Source of the DNA: Octopus vulgaris
Taxonomy: Eukaryota
DNA: 64,000 bases
Assembly: GCA_951406725.2 (NCBI GenBank)
Contig: OX597816.1
Span: 68,138,001 to 68,202,000, forward strand
Direction: 5' to 3'
A program made the translations under genes and the position numbers. Each line of letters begins with the position of its first letter. Positions within the stretch are counted from its first letter, which is position 1. The notes under the pieces are model-generated. The model saw nothing but the letters and a program-made list of their open reading frames with translations, ran no database searches and was not told the DNA's origin. Positions 55,720-64,000 of this stretch are shown one piece after another.

Positions 55720-56101
55720 GGGTGCTAAAAGAGCACCATCCGAGTGTTATCGTTGCCAGAGCGGCTAACTAGCTTCCGTGCCGGTGGCATGTAGGAGGCA
55801 CCATTCGAGCGAGATCGTTACCAGCATCGCCTTACTTCACCTGTGCCGTTGGCATGTGGAAAAAATTCGAGCGAGGTCGTTGCCAGTACCGCCTGACTGG
55901 CCCCCGTGCCGGTGGCACGTAAAAGCACCCACTACACTCTCTGAGTGGTTGGCGTTAGGAAGGGCATCCAGCTGTAGAAACTCTGCTAGATCAAGATTGG
56001 AGCCTGGTGCAGCCATCTGATTCACCAGCCCACAGTCAAACCGTCCAACCCATGCTAACATGGAAAGCAGACGTAAAACGACGACGACGACGATGATGAT
56101 G
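55720..56101 (+). mobile_element. SINE body and tail with ~65-bp internal tandem units and RTE-like 3' end, (GAC/GAT)n tail
   Basis: GTGCCGGTGGCA(C/T)GT-like unit x3; GTTGGCGTTAGGAAGGGCATCCAGCTGTAGAAAC. Confidence 0.75.
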
Positions 56102-56127
56102 TATGTATGTATGCATGTATGTATGTA

Positions 56128-56345
56128 CGAGGGGTTGCTGGAAAGTTCGTGGCTTTAGGTAAAAGAAAATACAGGAGGATCAGTTAATTATGATTTTATC
56201 CAGCATATTCCTCACTCAGATTCACACACTTATTGCAGCGGCCCTTCAATTTTACTAAGCTTCTGCGAAAGAACTCAGAATGTCAGGCATCCAACCAGGC
56301 CTTTTGCGACGCCCTAAAAGCCAGGAACTTTTCAGCACCCTCTCG
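56128..56345. mobile_element. Mariner-type MITE
   Basis: TA|CGAGGGGTTGCTGGAAAGTTCGTGGCTTT ... AAAGCCAGGAACTTTTCAGCACCCTCTCG TIRs. Confidence 0.85.
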
Positions 56346-56485
56346 AATGTATGTATGTATGTATGTATGTATGTATGTATGTATGTATGTATGTATGTAT
56401 GTATGTATGTATGTATGTATGTATGTATGTATGTATGTATGTATGTATGTATGTATGTATGTATGTGTGTATGTATGTATGTATG

Positions 56486-56517
<32 letters not shown>

Positions 56518-57659
56518 TGTATGTATGTATGTATGCATGTATGTATGTTTGTAAGTAAGGGGAGGTAAAATGTGTGTGTCGTGTATTTTGTGCAATTGTG
56601 TTACATATTCCTTCTGTTTTTTAAATATTAAAAAAAATTTTTTTTCCAGAAGCAATTTACAAATTATTTAATTTTATCCCATTAAGGAAGGAGGGAGAAA
56701 ATTGATGGAGTATCTTCAGTGCTTGGTGAATGGTTAGCAATGGTTGCGATGGTGCTGACAATAGGGAATCTATCGGTGGTGGCGGTGAGTGGTTTGACGG
56801 GAGTGGTAGTAATAGCGGGGTTTGAGGAGGTTGTGGTGGTATTAATTGTACTGGAGGGGATAAGGGTAACATGGTGATCTTAATGGCGATGGAAATAATA
56901 GTTGTAGCTTTGTAGGTGACGACAGTGGGAGCAGCAGTGATACTGGTAGTGTTGGTTGTATTGTTTGCCAGGTTTGGTAATGGCCGTTACACATGCTGCT
57001 GCTGCTGCTACTGCTGCTGCTACTTTTGATATGGTTGTTGTAGTTTTTGTTGGTTGTAGCGGATATTATGGAAGCTTAATGAGTTAGTATTAATGGTAAT
57101 TACTAGAGTAGAAGTAGTAGTGGTGGGAATGGTGGCCATGCATGGAAGTATCTGAGTCTAGTAGAAACAGGGTTTATGTATCTATAAATATATGTATGTG
57201 TGTGTATGTGTTTATAGGTGTATAGGTGGGAAGCGGTGGGACGGAGAAAACAACAGCTCATTGTCTGTTGTTAGATATAATTACGTACTAAGTGGCATTA
57301 GAGCCAATATCACTCATGATTATATATCATGCTAGAGCGCGTGTATGTGTAAGTTTGTGTGTGTGTGTTTATGTGCGTGTGCATATATGCGACATGTGAA
57401 TGCATGCGTACATGTGTGTATACACGCACACACACACACACACACACGCAGACACACACACACACACGCACGCAGACACACACACGCGCAGACACACACA
57501 CACACACGCACGCAGACACACACACACACACGCACGCAGACACACACACACACTTACACACACACACACACACACACACACGGACACACATACACACAGA
57601 AGATTAAACGTGCGAAGAAAATAGATATCAGAACACTAAGGGAAACGAAACGGAATTAC

Positions 57660-58235
57660 ATATCCCATTTACAAATACTGTCCTTTACTTCAATACACTA
57701 CCCTTGAAACAACGAGGCTTATAACACCATTATTCCAAATTTACCTATGCTCATTAGGGGGCCAAAGATAAAACACATTCTACAAGCACACAAACTCATC
57801 AAAAGTAAAAACAAACTAAATCACAAAAAATGAATATTGATAAATGCGAAATTATACCCAACAACAACAACAACAACAACAACGAAACCAAGAGTTAAAA
57901 GATTCGAGCGTCCAAACTGTAGAATTTGCCCCAACCTAGTTGAAGGTTCGGGATTTTGATTCAAACAAGGACAGAGATACATAATTAAGACTAATATCAT
58001 CTGTGAATCCGAAAATTTAATTTATGTGATAACTTGTTCAGGATGTGGACACAACTATATAAGCCAAACAAAGATGTCCCTTAGACAGAGAACTACACTT
58101 CATAAGGAACAGATTCGCTTCCCAAGGTAAAGACAGATACCATTGAGCGAACACATGGAGAGGTGTGCAGGGAATCTCCAGCTAAACTTCTCTGCTTTCC
58201 CCTTTTACCAGTGCAAGGAAACAATTTCAATGAGA
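57660..58235 (+). pseudogene. Decayed Neptune-type PLE linker plus GIY-YIG, diverged paralogue of ORF2 C-terminus
   Basis: HILQAHKLIKSK..RPNCRICPNLVEGS..CESENLIYVITCSGCGHNYISQT..RQIPLSEHMERCA..FPFYQC aligns by eye with ORF2. Confidence 0.88.
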
Positions 58236-58469
58236 ATGTGTGTGTGTGTGTATGTGTGTGTGTGTGTATGTGTGTGTGTATGTGTGTGTGTGTGTGTGTG
58301 TGTATGTGTAGCAGTTTCTGAAAAATAGAGGATAGAAGACTCTGCTGTCTTTTATTTTCCCTTCGTTATTTTAACTCTGGCAATTTTACTGTACTCTGTG
58401 ATGCTCTCACTAACTACTGTTGTGACGCGTTTCGTCTGCTACCGATATATATTGAGTCACTCGACCCAC

Positions 58470-58676
58470 CAAATTTTGGCACAAGGCCAGCAAACTCGAG
58501 GGAAGGGTTAAGTTGATTACATCGATCCCAGTCCTCAGTTGGTACTTATTTTATCGACCACAAAGTATGAAAGGCAAAGTCGACCTCGGCGGAATTTGAC
58601 CTCAACGTAAAACCGGACGAAATGCAGCTAAACATTTTACCCAGCATGTTAACGATTCTGCCAGATCTCGCCGCTT
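58470..58676 (-). mobile_element. SINE family B
   Basis: GAAAGGCAAAGTCGACCTCGGCGGAATTTGA...AACGATTCTGCCAG. Confidence 0.85.
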
Positions 58677-60760
58677 TATTTAACTATTTTTGATATCAAT
58701 ACAATTACAATTACTCAGTAAATAAAAAAAATAGGTCTATTGCAGCTACATTTATGTTGCTGTTGTACTACTTTTTCACAATGTCAGTGGCGCTATCCTT
58801 TGTGAAATTATGAAATATTGACTTCTACCCTCAATGAACAAAATCATTTTCTCTCGCATTTAGTGTCTAGAACTTTGTCCATACAATACCAGGGCCCTGT
58901 TGATGTCACAAGCATTTTCAGCCCTGCAAATTATTTCCCTCATGTATGGCATATGTATCAAGGAGATATGAATATAATATCGCATTTAAAGTTGAAATAG
59001 GTTGTCACCAGTTGTGCGTGTTATACAATTGCTATGTTGTGTCGTATGAAGAACTGCAGAACAGTTGAAGAGGAGAGAATAGTGTTGGGTACTACAATAC
59101 TACTCGATAGCAAACCAACAAGCAGGTAGCAAATGTCTGGTGATTTCGCTCAACGATGCGTACAAACACATTACTGATTTGACCACAGATTCTGTCTGAC
59201 AACAGGCATTTAACGTGTTTCTCGAGCACTGTCCGATTGTATAGATGAGACTTTTTTTTTTCCTAGACTTAAATTTCCAAAACAATGGTGCGTCTTCCAC
59301 GATGTAATGTCTACCATGCCGCAAAATGAGGTAAATCAAATTGGGCTCTCAAAAACTGAACGGAGTTCCACCAAATTGGAGTTTCAAAAACTGAGCGCAA
59401 AACCTGATGAAACAGGCTTACAATCAAAACCATTTTTCGAGGCTCATCCAGGACTACATAACCCAATGAGTTCATTATTTTTAAGACTGGTAATGTGTGG
59501 TTTTAATAGGAAGTTTTCTAATATATCTAAGGGGTTGAAAGACCAGGTTGAAGAAGCTATTTTATTGGTTCGTCAAAATCTATATACTCCATCAACTATT
59601 GAAACTTGATTGAATTTTATAAATAAATATGTGAAATAAGTCACGGCAAGAATTCTGCTTCAGGTGCAGTTTAATTTAATATTCTTCCTCCAGATTTGCA
59701 GTGAGAAGATCTTTCAACTATCGTTTCCCTACTTCAAAATTCTACCATGTCATAATTAAGGTCTTCACAGAATTAGTTGAAAGCGTATGAGGTTTTAAAT
59801 GTTACCACAAACATCCACCACCAAATATCTCCACCTCAACCCCACCCAAGAAACGACTCAAACCCCAATTGAATAGCAAACTTTAGATACTGAACTCTTT
59901 CACCTCTGTTCTGACGGTGCTCAGCACCTGTACCCTAGATATATAAGCGGTCAGTATTGTCCAGCCTAATTTTTGAAGAAGACTATCACATTCAGATTGA
60001 AAACATTAAGTATTTTGCTTTTTCATCAGAAATACTTGTCGGTAAGAAAATGCTAATGTAACAGCTTAAAAACATGTGTGGTTTCGAAGGTCAGACAGAC
60101 TGTTCGTATGGCCACAAGCTGGGGTTCCCAGTGAAAAAAAAAAATGTGTCAGTTTTTGGTGCGTTATATCCCTCTCTTATGTCATAAACGCCAATTAACA
60201 TTATTTATTTATCATTATTTAGTTTTCCCTATCATCCCACCTTTTGAGTCAGAATAACCTGATATCCCCGTTCAGAAATTCAGCTGGGCAAGTTCATTAA
60301 GTTATCATGCATGTATAATTTAGATTTCTTTTATTTTCTTTGAGAAGTTTGCAAACTTTACATTCAATATCGTCAGTGTTGACTGCACGTTTTGTTTATT
60401 CTGTGAGTTTCACTGAAACGCCCTTTCGCAGCAACGCGGTCCTTCAGCACAAACTAAAAAGAAAAAAAAGAAAGAAAGAAGGAAAAGAAGCGGGAAAACA
60501 TAACAGAAGTACAAACCTTAATTTCATCTTTCACTTTCGCAAGGAACGATTCGTTAATTTGAATATTTGACATAATTTACATGTAAATGCCTTGCAAAAA
60601 ATAACCATTTAGTAATATTTGTTCATTTAGATTTTCGATGAAAGTATGATCATTCAATCAAATTTTAAGATTAGTGTTAAATATTTTAAATTGTTTTTTG
60701 TATTTATATATAAATATATATATATATATACAGACATAAACATCCACACACGCATATATA

Positions 60761-60961
60761 TGCGGAGTGCTGAAAAGTTCCTGGCTTTGGGTAAAAGAAA
60801 ATACAGGAGAATCAGTTTATTATGATTGTATTAAACAGATGCACACACTTATTGAAGCAGCCCCTCAGTTTTTCTAAGCCCGGTAAAAGAACTCAGAAGG
60901 TTGGACCTCCAGCCAAGCCATTCGCGATACCCTTAAAGCCAGGAACTTTCAACATCCCTCG
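60761..60961. mobile_element. Mariner-type MITE, same family as 56128-56345
   Basis: GTGCTGAAAAGTTCCTGGCTTT ... AAAGCCAGGAACTTTCAACATCCCTCG, with shared interior. Confidence 0.85.
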
Positions 60962-61107
60962 TGTGTGTATGTGTGTGTATAAGTATGTATGTATGTATGT
61001 ATGTATGTATGTATGTATGTATGTATGTATGTATGTATGTATGTATGTATGCATGCATGCATGTATGTATGTATATATATATATGTATATGTATGTATGT
61101 ATGTATG

Positions 61108-61166
<59 letters not shown>

Positions 61167-61173
61167 GTGTATA

Positions 61174-61224
<51 letters not shown>

Positions 61225-61232
<8 letters not shown>

Positions 61233-61670
61233 GGCAGTTTGTCTGTCTGTGTGTCTGTGTGCCTGTCAGGTTGTACCCTCACCCTGACCACGGCTTTCAA
61301 CCGATTCTGATGAAACTTGACACACACATAGCCCAACGTCATAATTCAAAACTAACGCAGCGAAACTTTTGAAAAGTTCCCCCAGTTCTGAAAAAATCGA
61401 TAAATTCGACATGGGGTCGAGAATCTAAGCTTTGTATATGCAACACATCTTCTGGGCTGTACGTGGGCTGCTCACGCGTTGGGAGGCGCAATGATGTTTT
61501 CATGTTTTCGCCCAAAGGGGCAGCTAGGATCATCGTATACACAGAAGTATTCGAGTGAAGAGAAGACATTGCAACCTACACATGCGCCTTCGTTCCCTAG
61601 AGGGAAAGGACTAGATTGGGATTAGTCGTTGCCTACTAGGGGCTCTTACATACCCGGGCAATGCTGCTAG
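61225..61670 (+). mobile_element. Non-autonomous Helitron
   Basis: TATACGGCAGTTTGTCTGTCTG..CCGATTCTGATGAAACTTG..CCCGGGCAATGCTGCTAG|T. The 5' end resembles 51161. Confidence 0.7.
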
Positions 61671-61704
61671 TATATATATATATATATATATACATATACA
61701 TATC

Positions 61705-61814
61705 TGTAAATATAATATGTGATAATTATTCGGTAGCCATGATAAAAAAATCCGAATTTCAGATGTCGGACTTTTATCATGGCTACTGAATAATTGTCAC
61801 ATTTTATATTTACA
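61705..61814. repeat. Inverted repeat, about 48-bp arms
   Basis: TGTAAATATAATATGTGATAATTATTCGGTAGCCATGATAAAA / TTTTATCATGGCTACTGAATAATTGTCACATTTTATATTTACA. Confidence 0.85.
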
Positions 61815-62270
61815 TAATATCGAGGTCTCTTTCATTCTTTTGTTGTCTTGCCATTTCTATCAATATGTATGTGTGTGTGTGTGTGTGTGTATAGGATATC
61901 TATGCGCTTTCATGCGCCGACGCGTCAATATGAGAGGATCTCTCATGGCTAACAATCTGCAGTATTTGGTATCCATATTTCTCTACATACAAAGACTACC
62001 TTTTGGTATTAAAATTGCTTCCATCGCTGATAACTAATTCCTAAGGAGTCTGTTGGCCGTTTGCAACATCAACGTCTAAAAAGATGCTGAAATTCTATGT
62101 ATCGTGGCAGCGAGGTTTGACTGGCAACCACTCACTCGGTGCTTCCCGCTGATGATTTCCAATAAAACCAAATCACGTGGTATGAAAATTCGCGCGGCCT
62201 TGGCAGACATATTTCGTCTGCTATCATCAATGAGTGTACCTTTATGCATCAAGCGCCTACAGGAGAGGCG

Positions 62271-62334
<64 letters not shown>

Positions 62335-63289
62335 TATGCATGTATGTATATATTATATAGATAGTGAAAGTATTAATAGTGAAACTATTAAAACTGAAAC
62401 TATTATCTCACATTACAATAGAGATATCATTGTTTCACGTAATACCGAAACCGTGTAAGAGATTACTCGGGGCTCGTATTAGGCAATAAGTTGAAACTCT
62501 TTTTGGTCTATGACACTGTATGAACCCTAAGTAGTGTGTGTGTAAAATTTGAATGAAATCGGTTGAGTTGTTCTCGAGTTTTAGTCATGTACACATACAG
62601 ACAAACAGACAGGCAATAGATAGACATACATTCTCAGTTTTGTGGCTAGCGTATAGAAAAGCCGCCATATCGGTAAAATTAATTTTTCAGTATCTTATTA
62701 TAAAAAAATATAATCATAATTAAGGGCGCTGGAAGGCCAACGCCAATAAGCTAGAAGTAGATGTCAAATGGCTACAAACCACTCTAAATTTGTTCTGTTT
62801 TTGTAACACAAAGCTGAATTCGAGGGAATGGACAAGAAGATTTGTAAGATTTCGGATAACTCTATATCTTAAAATTTCGTGTTCTGTTATGAAAATTACT
62901 TTATACACTTCAGTAGAAGTACATTGACAATACATAAGCGAAAAATACATATACATAGCGATAAACCTCTGCGTACAGATACCAATGTATACATTCATTT
63001 CCCGCGTATACATTATACCTATTCATCCATCTCAGCCATGTGGTTAATGCAAGAAATAATTCCGGGGTGAATTTAGTTGCAGAGCAAAATATAATGGCTA
63101 GAGAACTCAAAATTATATATACTTAAAAATTGACGATATAATCATGTAGAAAAGCTCCAAAATATTTAAAATAGATAGAAAAGTCCGAAGAGTTACTTTG
63201 ATCTAATGTTAGAACGTCTCTCATATTTACAGAAAATGCAGATTTGACTTTTTCTATACAAAGGTTTTAAAACACAATATTTACGCGCT

Positions 63290-63440
63290 ATTACGTTCTG
63301 AGTTTAAATTCCGCCGAGGTCGACTTTGCCTTTCATGGTTCCGGGGTCGATAAATTAAATACCAGTTGCGTACTGGAGTGGATCTAATCGACTGCTCCCC
63401 GCCCCCCCCGCCACAAAATTTTGGTCCTTAGAAAAGAATA
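63290..63440 (+). mobile_element. SINE family B, head truncated
   Basis: TTACGTTCTGAGTTTAAATTCCGCCGAGGTCGACTTTGCC. Confidence 0.85.
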
Positions 63441-63534
63441 TTTACGCGCTATAATCTAAAGCTTTTCTATTTTGAGCTCAACCGTTATAAACGAAGTACT
63501 TCACGTTCTCTCGAGGTTTCTGAATTTTTATGAC

Positions 63535-63571
<37 letters not shown>

Positions 63572-63574
63572 ATG

Positions 63575-63624
<50 letters not shown>

Positions 63625-64000
63625 GACAGACACACTATACACACACACGCATCCATTTATGTAAAGCAAATAACAGAATCAAAAGAACTCTAAAAAAAAA
63701 CAAAACAAAATGGCTGACATTTGATTCCCATCTGTACTTTTTCCCTTTTTGACGTGATGAATAAGCTATTTATTTATTATACTTATCTATTCTTCAATAA
63801 ATGTATGTCTTCTGTTTAGATGCTTTCATAATTATGTCTTTATCTGGTCAAGTGATTTCTTAAGAGCGACTCAATTTGTCTTGTCGAAATAACAACGAGA
63901 CTTAATCGTTATGTACGACAGTCAAAATGTTTTCTATTTAATTTGACCTTTCATAAAACAGATTTAAACAAAGGAACTATTATATTAAGTAATTTTTCTT

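Noticed and set aside
62200-62240. Minus-strand TTGATGA..GAAA..GTC hammerhead-like string
   Set aside because: No stem II or stem I pairing; better explained by a simple GCAGAC/GTCTGC hairpin.

Overview
AT-rich, microsatellite-dense animal DNA. The tRNA-SINE families and the (TA)n/(TATG)n/(TCTA)n load suggest an octopus (coleoid cephalopod); this is inferred, not database-checked. Nearly all recognisable sequence is transposon-derived, and most listed ORFs are microsatellite artefacts. The centrepiece is an apparently intact, young Penelope-like retroelement (PLE; Neptune-type RT, Cys linker, C-terminal GIY-YIG) at about 15.7-22.1 kb, inserted in (TA)n between near-identical pseudo-LTRs. It carries a separate 447-aa ORF1 that overlaps the RT ORF in the -1 frame, with a U_UUU_UUA slippery heptamer inside the 61-nt overlap (a gag-pol-like layout). 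Each pLTR holds a variant (U3:A8) minimal hammerhead ribozyme candidate. Also present: an inverted solo pLTR, other PLE relics, decayed CR1, RTE and R4/Dong LINEs, Helitron and Helentron derivatives, hAT, maT and Tc1 remnants, mariner MITEs, several SINE families, and one probable host coding exon (minus strand, about 10.8-11.4 kb). Coordinates of decayed repeats are approximate.
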